This document shows, piece after piece, positions 51,924 to 60,926 of a stretch of 64,000 nt of DNA (its first letter is position 1; the number at the start of each line of letters is the position of its first letter). Made by a program: the position numbers and the translations under genes. The notes beneath the pieces were generated by a model that saw nothing but the letters and a program-made list of their open reading frames with translations, did no database searches and had not been told where the DNA came from. This DNA is from an uncultured Muribaculaceae bacterium (lineage in GTDB: Bacteria > Bacteroidota > Bacteroidia > Bacteroidales > UBA932), in assembly GCA_964351405.1 (NCBI GenBank), contig CAYGOE010000002.1:7925-71924 (forward strand), read 5' to 3'.

Positions 51924-53696
51924 CTAAAAGATTCCTCTCTCTACATAGCTGGTATGAAGCAGTTCGTGAGAGTGGTGGCCAAGCGGCTCTTTGAGAAACT
52001 CGCTGTAAATTGCTTTAATAGCGGGATTATCGTGAGATTTCCGGATAGCGTGCATTGAGTCCTCCTTATAGATTGAGTCTGCTCTCTTTTGCCTGATTGC
52101 CCAGGTTGTAGGGATAGCCTGTCCTCCGCCTCCAAGGCAACCTCCGGGGCAGGTCATAACCTCTATAAATGCGTAAGGAGATTTACCCTCTTCAATCTGC
52201 TCAAGGAGTGTACGGGCATTTTTGAGTGAGTGAGCTACGGCAACCTTAATCTTGGTTCCGTCAAGATCCAGCTCAGCCTCTTTTATCCCTTCAAACCCTC
52301 GAACGACATTCAGATCAATCTTAGGGAGCGGTTTTCCTGTGACAACCTCATATGCTGTTCTAACAGCTGCCTCCATAACCCCTCCTGTCGCTCCGAAAAT
52401 CACTCCGGCTCCGGTTGATATTCCGAGTGGATGGTCGAACTCCTCCTCAGGAAGAGAGCTAAAGTCTATCCCTGTCTTTTTGAACATCTTGGCAAGCTCC
52501 CTTGTAGTGAGAACATAGTCTACATCGTAGAAGTTCTCTTTATCTGCAAGATTGAGTTTATCTTTCCAGAAGTGGAAAGCAGAGTTCATCTCCGGTCTTT
52601 TGCACTCAAACTTCTTGGCTGTACAAGGCATTATTGAGACAACCACCAGTTTACGAGGATCAATGTTGAGCTTCTGGGCATAGTATGTCTTTGCTACAGC
52701 CCCAAACATCTGTTGAGGAGATTTGCAGGTAGAGAGGTGTTTCAACGATTTAGGGAAGAAGTGCTCAATGAATTTTATCCAGCCCGGTGAGCAGGATGTA
52801 ACCATCGGAAGGGTGCCTCCGCTTTTGATACGGCTTATTAGTTCAAAGCCCTCCTCCATAATGGTGAGGTCGGCAGTAAATTGAGTGTCAAAAACCTTAT
52901 CAAAGCCCAGTTTCCTTAGGGATGAAACCATCTTGCCGGTAACCAGAGCACCTTCGCTCATACCCATCGCCTCCCCGATACCTACGCGAATTGCAGGGGC
53001 AGTTTGTACAACAACAATCTTGTCGCTATTGTAGATATCTGCAAAGACAGCTTCGGTGTCGTCCTTCTCTACAATTGCTGCAGTAGGGCATACCAAAGCA
53101 CACTGCCCGCAATTTGTACAAGCAACATTCCCAAGACCTCGGTTCTGATAGGTAGCAACCTTGCTCCTAAGCCCCCTCCCTGCAAAATCAATTGCATATA
53201 CCGTCTGAACATCTGCACAAACAGCAATACATCGGCCACAAAGAATACATTTATCCGGTTTTCTTACCAATGAAAGTGATGTATCGTCCGGTTTTTCTGA
53301 TGGTTTAGTCTTAGGAAAAGACGTCTCACTCATTCCAAGATCTGCCGATAGCTCCTGAAGTTCGCAATTGCGGTTTCTCTCGCAGATTAGACAATCTTTA
53401 GGGTGGTTTGCAAGAATCAGCTCCAGATTTGTTTTCCTGGCCTGGTTAATTGCAGTAGAGTGAGTTGTAATCTCCATCCCCTCATTTATATTTGTAACGC
53501 AGGATCTTACCAAAGATTTTGCACCCTTGACCTCTACAACACAAATGGCACAAGAGGCGTTATGAGATACATCTTTAAGATAACATAGAGAGGGAACTTT
53601 TATACCGGTCTCAAGGCAGGCCTCAAGAATGGTCTTCCCTTCGGTAACTTGATGGTCATTGCCATCTATTTTAATATTTATCAATATATTTTCCAT
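51924..53696 (-). CDS. Group A [FeFe]-hydrogenase catalytic subunit HydA (copy 2)
   Basis: TSCSPGW, MPCTAKKFE, EVMTCPGGC.GGGGQ; same N-terminal Fe-S complement as copy 1. Confidence 0.96.
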   Translation of the reverse strand: MENILINIKIDGNDHQVTEGKTILEACLETGIKVPSLCYLKDVSHNASCAICVVEVKGAKSLVRSCVTNINEGMEITTHSTAINQARKTNLELILANHPKDCLICERNRNCELQELSADLGMSETSFPKTKPSEKPDDTSLSLVRKPDKCILCGRCIAVCADVQTVYAIDFAGRGLRSKVATYQNRGLGNVACTNCGQCALVCPTAAIVEKDDTEAVFADIYNSDKIVVVQTAPAIRVGIGEAMGMSEGALVTGKMVSSLRKLGFDKVFDTQFTADLTIMEEGFELISRIKSGGTLPMVTSCSPGWIKFIEHFFPKSLKHLSTCKSPQQMFGAVAKTYYAQKLNIDPRKLVVVSIMPCTAKKFECKRPEMNSAFHFWKDKLNLADKENFYDVDYVLTTRELAKMFKKTGIDFSSLPEEEFDHPLGISTGAGVIFGATGGVMEAAVRTAYEVVTGKPLPKIDLNVVRGFEGIKEAELDLDGTKIKVAVAHSLKNARTLLEQIEEGKSPYAFIEVMTCPGGCLGGGGQAIPTTWAIRQKRADSIYKEDSMHAIRKSHDNPAIKAIYSEFLKEPLGHHSHELLHTSYVERGIF

Positions 53697-53698
53697 AT

Positions 53699-56600
53699 TT
53701 ATTCCTCCTCATTATTAACGGATACCCTCACATCGCAGCGCAGACACCTTGAAGCCTCTGCATAGGCCTGCTCTCTTGAATACCCAAGATTGATCTCTTT
53801 GAAATTCCCTATCCTCTCTTCAAGTGGTCTCTTGATTGAGTAGTGTCTGTTACCACCTTCCGGTTTTAAAGGAACATCGTCGCTATAATCAAATCCTCTG
53901 AATAATTTATGGAAACGTCTCTTGTTCATTAGTTTGTAATCTATAATCTCTGCCGCTTTTTTAGCAATTCCCATTGCCTCTGCAGCTGTTGCCGGCCCTG
54001 TAATTGCATCTCCAATAGCGTAGATCTTAGGGTGGTTTGTCTCAAAAGTAAAGTGGTCTGCATATACATTACCGTCGGAGAGAGTTTTTAACCCGAACTC
54101 TTTAAGGAATGGTGCTTCAACCTCCTCACCGATAGCCATAATTACGGTATCGCATCCAATAATGAACGACTCTCCGGTGGAGACAGGTTTACGTCTGTTA
54201 GAGAGGTCAATATCTCCGCAATTCATTTTGCTGAGCTCTATGCCTCTAACCCTGTCGTTAACATCTGCAAGAATCTCCTTAGGGTTGCTAAGGAAGAGGT
54301 AGTTAACCCCCTCTATCTCGGCCTCCTTAATCTCATCCTTATTTGCAGGCATATCTGACTTGAGTCTCCTGTAAACAACAGTCACCTCTGCACCAAATCT
54401 GTGAGCGGTTCTTGCTGCATCTATGGCAACATTGCCAGCTCCAATCACAACTACATTCTTACCAATATTTGGCACCTCTCCTTTGGATACATCCTTTAGG
54501 AAATCCATACCTGATATTACCCCCTCGAGATGGTTACCCTCAATGTTGAGCATTATATCCTTATGGGCACCGATAGCAATAATAACTTTGTTGAAGTCTC
54601 TCTCGAGCTCCTCCATTGAGATATCCTTGCCAACAGTTGTATTAAAGACAAAATGTACTCCCAAATCCTTGATAAACTGAATTTCGTAGTCAAGAGTCTC
54701 TAATGGTAACCTGTATTTAGGAATTCCCCAGCGTAAAATTCCTCCTGCTGCACTTTCAGATTCAAACACAGTTACATCGTGTCCAAGGCGAACAAGATAG
54801 AATGCTGCTGTCAACCCTGCAGGTCCTCCACCTATGATTGCGATTTTCTTGTAGGTCGGAGGTAGTTTCTCCTTGATAAGTCTGTTATAGATTCTCTGTG
54901 ATTTGCCCTCTTTGTAAACGGCATCCGAAATATACCTATGAATATCTCCCTGTGAAACGGGAGCATCAATAGTTTCACGAAGGCACTTCATCTGACAGTG
55001 GAAGTGGCAGATACGCCCTACGGTAGAAGGTAGCGGATTATCTCTCAGTGTAGATTCAAATGCATCTTCAAGTTTATCCTCTTTAAGCAGGGTGAGGTAT
55101 CGTGGAATATTCATATGCAGAGGACAGCTGTTTACACAAAGTGCTGTAAAGAGTGAGTGGCATATACCCGGCTCACACTTCTTCTCTATCATATGGTGGT
55201 CATATTCATCCCGAAAATATCTTAAAGTTGTAAGTACAGGGTTAGGTGCTGTCTGACCCAGCCCGCAAAGAGATGTGCTTTTTATAACCTGACCCAGCTT
55301 TACCAAAGTATCAAGATCCTCTGATGTTGCCTTACCCTCTGTAACTCTGTTTAAAATATGGAGTGTCTGAGCAAGTCCTTCACGACAAGGGGTGCATTTC
55401 CCGCAAGACTCACCATTTGAGAACTCTGTAAAATATCTGGCAACGTCAACCATACAGTTGTCTTCATCCATCACCACCATCCCTCCGGAGCCCATAATGG
55501 TTCCTAAAGCGTTGAGAGACTCATAATCTACAGGAGTACTTAGGTATTCAACAGGAATACATCCACCCGAAGGGCCACCCGACTGAACAGCCTTTACTCT
55601 TTTGTGGGTTCCTGTTCCCTCTCCTATTTTAAATACAATGGTCTCAAGGGTAGATCCCAATGGGAGCTCTACAAGACCGGTGTTCTTTACCTTTCCAACC
55701 AGAGAGAAGACCTTTGTTCCGGAGCTCTTTTCGGTTCCGGTACCTGTAAGCCACTCTCCCCCTTTGGAGATAATTACCGGAATGTTGCACCAGGTCTCAA
55801 CATTGTTGATATTGGTCGGTTTTCCGTAAAGACCTTTTTCTGCAGGATAGGGAGGCCGAGGTGTCGGACGACCGGACCTGCCTTCAATACTGTGGATTAA
55901 AGCAGTCTCCTCTCCACAAACAAATGCTCCGGCTCCTTCTACTATGTCAATATCAAAGTTGAACCCGGAGTTCAAAATATCATCTCCCAATAAGCCACGC
56001 TCTTTTGCCTGGTTGATTGCACCTTTTAACCTCTGAACTGCTAATGGATACTCAGCTCTTATATAGACAACCCCTTTTGAAGCTCCCATTGCATAGGCAC
56101 CTATGGTCATCCCCTCTATGAGCATAAACGGATCACTCTCAATCTCGTTTCTGTTCATAAACGCACCCGGGTCACCCTCATCTGCATTACAAATTACGTA
56201 CTTCTGGTCTGCCTCAACTTTAGCCATCAGCTCCCATTTAACACCTGTCGGGAATCCGGCACCGCCTCGTCCTCTCAACTTTGAACTCTTCACTTCGTCA
56301 ATTATTCCAACAGGGGTAAGATCGTGAAGAGCCTTGTAAAGAGGGAAGAAGCCACCTACTGCTATATACTCCTCAATATCATCAGGTACAATAAGTCCAC
56401 AATTACGCAGGACAATCTTCTTTTGCCATTTGAAGAAAGGAACCTCGTTCCAAAGAGGGTACTCGGTAAGGCCCTCCCCGAATTTGAATTTTCCGGTGAT
56501 AAAGTCCCACTCCTCAATCCTGCACATAATATTTCTGTATGGCATTATTCCTTTCTCAATCCCGATAACGATAGGGACAACATCGTTTTCCGAAACCCGG

Positions 56601-56863
56601 TGCATTATTATTAGTGGTTTTCCGGGAATGTAAATGTTAATAAGCGGCTCTTCGGCACAAAATCCGAAACAGCCGGTTCTCTTTAAAATAATGTTCAGTT
56701 TGCGCTCTTTGATTGTTCTCTCAAAGCTGTCAAACAGCACTTCTGCACCACGGCCTATACCGCAGGTTCCCATACCTATAGCAACGTAAGGCTTGTCAGG
56801 AAGGATCTTCTTTGCAGCAATCTCTTTTAGCTCTATAAGCTTAGCAAAGTCTGATATTCTCAT
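53699..56863 (-). CDS. HydB/NuoF-like beta subunit fused to a GltD/NfnB-like FAD/NADP(H) oxidoreductase
   Basis: Thioredoxin-like N-terminus (TC...GCFGFC), NADEGDPGAFM, GGPSGG, ESCGKCTPCRE; then C...CP, NP....GRIC...C...C, GGGPAG, GAGNVAID..R, YRR, C-terminal EASRCLRC. Confidence 0.92.
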   Translation of the reverse strand: MRISDFAKLIELKEIAAKKILPDKPYVAIGMGTCGIGRGAEVLFDSFERTIKERKLNIILKRTGCFGFCAEEPLINIYIPGKPLIIMHRVSENDVVPIVIGIEKGIMPYRNIMCRIEEWDFITGKFKFGEGLTEYPLWNEVPFFKWQKKIVLRNCGLIVPDDIEEYIAVGGFFPLYKALHDLTPVGIIDEVKSSKLRGRGGAGFPTGVKWELMAKVEADQKYVICNADEGDPGAFMNRNEIESDPFMLIEGMTIGAYAMGASKGVVYIRAEYPLAVQRLKGAINQAKERGLLGDDILNSGFNFDIDIVEGAGAFVCGEETALIHSIEGRSGRPTPRPPYPAEKGLYGKPTNINNVETWCNIPVIISKGGEWLTGTGTEKSSGTKVFSLVGKVKNTGLVELPLGSTLETIVFKIGEGTGTHKRVKAVQSGGPSGGCIPVEYLSTPVDYESLNALGTIMGSGGMVVMDEDNCMVDVARYFTEFSNGESCGKCTPCREGLAQTLHILNRVTEGKATSEDLDTLVKLGQVIKSTSLCGLGQTAPNPVLTTLRYFRDEYDHHMIEKKCEPGICHSLFTALCVNSCPLHMNIPRYLTLLKEDKLEDAFESTLRDNPLPSTVGRICHFHCQMKCLRETIDAPVSQGDIHRYISDAVYKEGKSQRIYNRLIKEKLPPTYKKIAIIGGGPAGLTAAFYLVRLGHDVTVFESESAAGGILRWGIPKYRLPLETLDYEIQFIKDLGVHFVFNTTVGKDISMEELERDFNKVIIAIGAHKDIMLNIEGNHLEGVISGMDFLKDVSKGEVPNIGKNVVVIGAGNVAIDAARTAHRFGAEVTVVYRRLKSDMPANKDEIKEAEIEGVNYLFLSNPKEILADVNDRVRGIELSKMNCGDIDLSNRRKPVSTGESFIIGCDTVIMAIGEEVEAPFLKEFGLKTLSDGNVYADHFTFETNHPKIYAIGDAITGPATAAEAMGIAKKAAEIIDYKLMNKRRFHKLFRGFDYSDDVPLKPEGGNRHYSIKRPLEERIGNFKEINLGYSREQAYAEASRCLRCDVRVSVNNEEE

Positions 56864-57377
56864 CTTTATTATCCTCCTGTAAGTTTTGTAATATTTTTTT
56901 GATTTGTTCCGAAGTTACATTGCTGTAGATGACACCATCAACTGCAACGACAGGCGCCAGGGCACATTGGCCAAAGCACGCAACTGTCTTGACCGTTATA
57001 AGTCTATCTTCGGTAGTAAAGCTGGTTTCACCCGCCTCAAGTGCCTCTTTGCATCCCGGCATAGTTGAAAGATCATCCAGAAGCACCTTTGACCCTTTAG
57101 TATGGCAGGCAGTTCCTCGGCATACTATAATGGTGTGCTTACCTTGTGGTTTTAGGTTGAAAAATGAGTAAAAGGTCGCAACGCTGTAGATCTGGGAAAG
57201 CGGGATCTTTGTCTGAGATGAGAGATAGTCCATACTCTGCATATCCAGGTACTTGTACTCGCTTGCCTCCTGGATCTCCTCCATTGTGGTGAGCAACTCG
57301 CCCGGTTTGCCCTTGTGCTTGGAGATAATCTCGTCGACCGCAGATTTGCCGACGTAGTTCTCTTCGTGTGTGTTCAT
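56841..57377 (-). CDS. [FeFe]-hydrogenase gamma subunit (HydC/NuoE-like)
   Basis: VATFYSFF, CRGTAC...CFGQC..AP. Confidence 0.92.
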   Translation of the reverse strand: MNTHEENYVGKSAVDEIISKHKGKPGELLTTMEEIQEASEYKYLDMQSMDYLSSQTKIPLSQIYSVATFYSFFNLKPQGKHTIIVCRGTACHTKGSKVLLDDLSTMPGCKEALEAGETSFTTEDRLITVKTVACFGQCALAPVVAVDGVIYSNVTSEQIKKILQNLQEDNKDENIRLC

Positions 57378-57700
57378 AGGCTCTTTAAAAGTTTTGGTTT
57401 GTATTTGTTTTTGATCAAAATTCCGGATTATCAGGGCACTTCATAGATCAAACTTAACCTTTCCAAACATTATAATTACAATCTTCCCGGTTTAAGTTGC
57501 GATTTTATCAAATCGGTATCAAATATAGCGAATATATGTAACATATCTAATCATTTTTGGGCACAAATTGACTAAGCAGGCTATCTATTTGTTAGGTAAT
57601 CTATTTATTCTCTGGTGAAAATTATGTACCCTTCAGATGTTAAATTGAGAGTGGGTTTTAAGAATGGTTTTGCTAACTTTGTATTGCTAACTGAGAACTT

Positions 57701-58867
57701 ATGATAGAATTTGTAGTCTTTACCCTTCCAATGTTTGTCTCCCTATTCTGGTCAGTTGCCCTTTTTGCATCTGCAAAAAGGGATGACAAGCCAAGAGTTC
57801 TGCTTGCGGTTTTTATGTTGTTTGCCACTATCCTATATGCATCTCACGCTCTCTATTTTTCCGAAAATTATGACATCTACATAATAATGGATCCTCTATA
57901 CACCCTGGCATCTCTCTCTGTCTTCCCTCTCTTCTACCTGTACATAAAGACGATTGCAAAAGATAGCAACCCAGGTCCAAGAGATTTATGGATACTTTTA
58001 CCTGGTCTGTTTTTCGGTATTACTTCTGCTATCTTTTTTATTATACTCTCACCCGACGAACTCTTTGCTTTTATCCGGAATATGGTTTACAAAGAGAAGA
58101 CAGATTTTATATTCTCTGCATCAGCAAAAATTCAGGTTATACTATATAAGGCAGGAAGAGTTGTATTTGCGATCCAACTTGTACCGTCTGTTTACTTCAG
58201 CTGGAAACTTATTAGAGCATACGACAAAAAGATAAAAGAGTTTTACTCATCTACAGAGGAGAGGACGATCAACTGGGCCGGGAAAATGATGATTGCAATG
58301 GTCTGCGCTGCAGTCTTCTCCCTAATTTTAAACACTCTTGGAAAAGCCTTCTTTATTCACGACTCTATGTTACTGCTTTTTCCTTCACTGGCATTCAGCA
58401 TTATACTGTATGCAATAGGGTTTATGGGCTTTAAACAACGTTACTCAATTCAAGCACATCAGGGTGACCTCCTCAAAGATAATTACATTAACCACAAGCA
58501 CTCAACAGAGGAGACAAGGCACAAACTACACGACCAGCTGCTTGTGCTTCTCAATGAAAAAGAGATTTTCCGTAATACAAATCTGAGAATAACAGATATC
58601 TCAGAACTACTCGGAACAAACAGATCTTATGTATCCAATATCGTAAACAATGAGTTTAAATCTAACTTCTCCGATCTTATTAACCACTATAGGGTTGAGT
58701 ATGCAAAAAAGCTGCTTCTTGACGAGAAGTTATATATACTGGAGTACATCTCCGAAGAGTCCGGCTTCGCATCAGTAAATTCATTTCTGAGGGCATTTAA
58801 AAAAGAGACCGGAACAACTCCGGGTAACTACAGAAAGGAGATTAACAAAAAAAATAAAAACCAATAA
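57701..58867 (+). CDS. Membrane-anchored AraC family regulator
   Basis: About seven N-terminal TMs; C-terminal HTH ..LGTNRSYVS..N...F...IN.YR, SGF.S..SF.RAFKK.TG.TP. Confidence 0.92.
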   Translation: MIEFVVFTLPMFVSLFWSVALFASAKRDDKPRVLLAVFMLFATILYASHALYFSENYDIYIIMDPLYTLASLSVFPLFYLYIKTIAKDSNPGPRDLWILLPGLFFGITSAIFFIILSPDELFAFIRNMVYKEKTDFIFSASAKIQVILYKAGRVVFAIQLVPSVYFSWKLIRAYDKKIKEFYSSTEERTINWAGKMMIAMVCAAVFSLILNTLGKAFFIHDSMLLLFPSLAFSIILYAIGFMGFKQRYSIQAHQGDLLKDNYINHKHSTEETRHKLHDQLLVLLNEKEIFRNTNLRITDISELLGTNRSYVSNIVNNEFKSNFSDLINHYRVEYAKKLLLDEKLYILEYISEESGFASVNSFLRAFKKETGTTPGNYRKEINKKNKNQ

Positions 58868-58872
58868 TTTAT

Positions 58873-59577
58873 ATGATGAAAAGGATCGTTTTTATTTTCG
58901 CACTTCTACTGACAGCTTATAATATGAGCTCTCAGGAAAAAAACTTCATTGACCAAAACTACATCGAAGTTGCAGGCAGAGCAGAGAGGGAGTTCGCTCC
59001 CGACCAAATCTACCTGGAGGTGACAATAACCGAGAAAGATAACAAAGGAAAGATATCCATTGAAAAACAGGAGAAGGATCTTTTTAAAAAACTTGTTACT
59101 ATTGGTATCGATATCCCAAAACACGTGCAAATCAAGGATATCAGCACATCTTTGGAGAAATATTTTCTTAAAAAAAGCTCCGTTTTAATGACAAAAACCT
59201 ATATAATAATGGTAAACAGTACCCCACAGCTTGTTGCTCTTTTTGAACAACTGGAGCTTGCAGGGGTAACAGATGTTAACATTACACGGGCAGAGCTCTC
59301 CAATATTGAGGAGGCCGGACGGGAGGTGATGGCACAGGCGGCTCAAAATGCAAAAAAGAGTGCAGATGTGGTTGCACTTGCTCTGGGAAGAATTGTGGGA
59401 AAGGCAATCTATATCCAAAGCTACGCAAGCTTCCCCAGAACTTTATATGTCAACACTACATTTAAAAGGGCATCTCAGGAATCTGCCCTTATGTTATCTG
59501 AAGATATGAACTCTCAGCCGGATTTTCAGAAGATAAAGCTGGAGCATCAGGTGACAGTAAGATTTTCTCTGGAGTAA
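58873..59577 (+). CDS. SIMPL (DUF541) domain protein
   Basis: Signal peptide; IEV.G.AE.E..PD, A..NAK..A, V.V.F C-terminus. Confidence 0.85.
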   Translation: MMKRIVFIFALLLTAYNMSSQEKNFIDQNYIEVAGRAEREFAPDQIYLEVTITEKDNKGKISIEKQEKDLFKKLVTIGIDIPKHVQIKDISTSLEKYFLKKSSVLMTKTYIIMVNSTPQLVALFEQLELAGVTDVNITRAELSNIEEAGREVMAQAAQNAKKSADVVALALGRIVGKAIYIQSYASFPRTLYVNTTFKRASQESALMLSEDMNSQPDFQKIKLEHQVTVRFSLE

Positions 59578-59606
59578 AATCAATAAATAAATTAGCTGCT
59601 TAAAAG

Positions 59607-60926
59607 ATGAAGAAGAGGTCAGTAAAAAAGGGTCGGGGAAGGTATCTTATACCAGCGGCCATTCTATTGTTACTTATCTTCTTTTTATTCGGGTTCAACA
59701 AAAATGTCTCTCTGTCAAATCTTGGCATTTCTTTAGACGAAGAGTTGCCTGTCGCTCTCAATCATCTTCTTAGTAATGAGATGTCAAATCTCGAAGAGAC
59801 CAAAAAAATGGATGATCAGATTGAGAACTTTATGCGCAGATGGGAGATAAAGGGTGCATCTCTGGCCATAATGAAAAACGAGCGCCTGATATATGCCAAA
59901 GGTTACGGATGGGCAGACAAAGAGGCAGGGGATAGTGCTGAGGTGAGACATATCTTTCGAATAGCCTCTGTTTCCAAATTAATTACGGCTGCTGCAATAA
60001 TGAAACTTTGGGAGGATGGCGAGCTCTCGCTCTCAGATAGGATCTTCTCAGATAAAGGGGTTTTGAATCTTCCTCAGTTTTCTGAAATAAGAGATAATCG
60101 AGTAAAGGATATAACTATAGAGCAACTGCTCCGACATAAGGGTGGGTTCTCCAACAGAGCCGGAGACCCTATGTTCAATCTTTCGGATATCTCAAAAAAG
60201 CTAAATTTGGGAAGAGCGGCAACAACAGATGAGGTGATATCCTATGCACTATCCCAGAGGTTGGGCAACCAGCCCGGCACCGGAACAAGATACTCCAATG
60301 TGGGGTACCTTATTCTATCGAGGGTAGTAGAGGCTGTTTCGGGAGAGAGTTATCAGGAGTACGTGAAGAAGAGTGTTCTCTACCCGGCTGGAGTTTATGA
60401 TATGCATATCGCCGGTAATCTTTATAGTGATAAGTACCCCAACGAAGTAAAATATTACGGGGCTCACGATGAAGATGTGGTGGAGTCATATGACGGAAGT
60501 GGCAGATTGATGCCCAGATGGTATGGTGGAAACAACATAGAGGCCCTGCTTGGCGCAGGTGGTTGGGTAGCATCTCCTTCGGAACTTCTTATGCTTGTGG
60601 CTGCTTTAGATGGAAGGGATAACATTAAGGATATTCTCTCAAAGGAGAGCATAGAGATAATGACCTCATCCGGCTCTTCAACTCTTCCGATAGGGTGGGC
60701 AAAATGCAACCCAAGCGGAGATTGGTCCCGGACAGGTACACTATCCGGAACCAGTGCTATGGTTAAATACAACCGGGATGGTTACTCCTGGGTGTTTGTG
60801 ACAAATACCAGCTCCTGGAAAGGTGCCCGTTTCCCGGGCTATATTGATGCCTTTTTCCGGGGAGCAATTCAAAAGGTGGTAGAGTGGCCACAAAGAGACC
60901 TTTTAGAGTTTAAAATTGAACAGTAA
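59607..60926 (+). CDS. Serine hydrolase (beta-lactamase/class C-like family)
   Basis: FRIASVSK (SxxK), LL.H..G, YSN.GY..L. Confidence 0.88.
   Translation: MKKRSVKKGRGRYLIPAAILLLLIFFLFGFNKNVSLSNLGISLDEELPVALNHLLSNEMSNLEETKKMDDQIENFMRRWEIKGASLAIMKNERLIYAKGYGWADKEAGDSAEVRHIFRIASVSKLITAAAIMKLWEDGELSLSDRIFSDKGVLNLPQFSEIRDNRVKDITIEQLLRHKGGFSNRAGDPMFNLSDISKKLNLGRAATTDEVISYALSQRLGNQPGTGTRYSNVGYLILSRVVEAVSGESYQEYVKKSVLYPAGVYDMHIAGNLYSDKYPNEVKYYGAHDEDVVESYDGSGRLMPRWYGGNNIEALLGAGGWVASPSELLMLVAALDGRDNIKDILSKESIEIMTSSGSSTLPIGWAKCNPSGDWSRTGTLSGTSAMVKYNRDGYSWVFVTNTSSWKGARFPGYIDAFFRGAIQKVVEWPQRDLLEFKIEQ

Noticed and set aside
57378-57700. Rex operator upstream of hydrogenase operon 2
   Set aside because: Only short palindromes (TTTTGATCAAAA, ATATGTAACATAT); no convincing TTGTGAA-N4-TTCACAA match.
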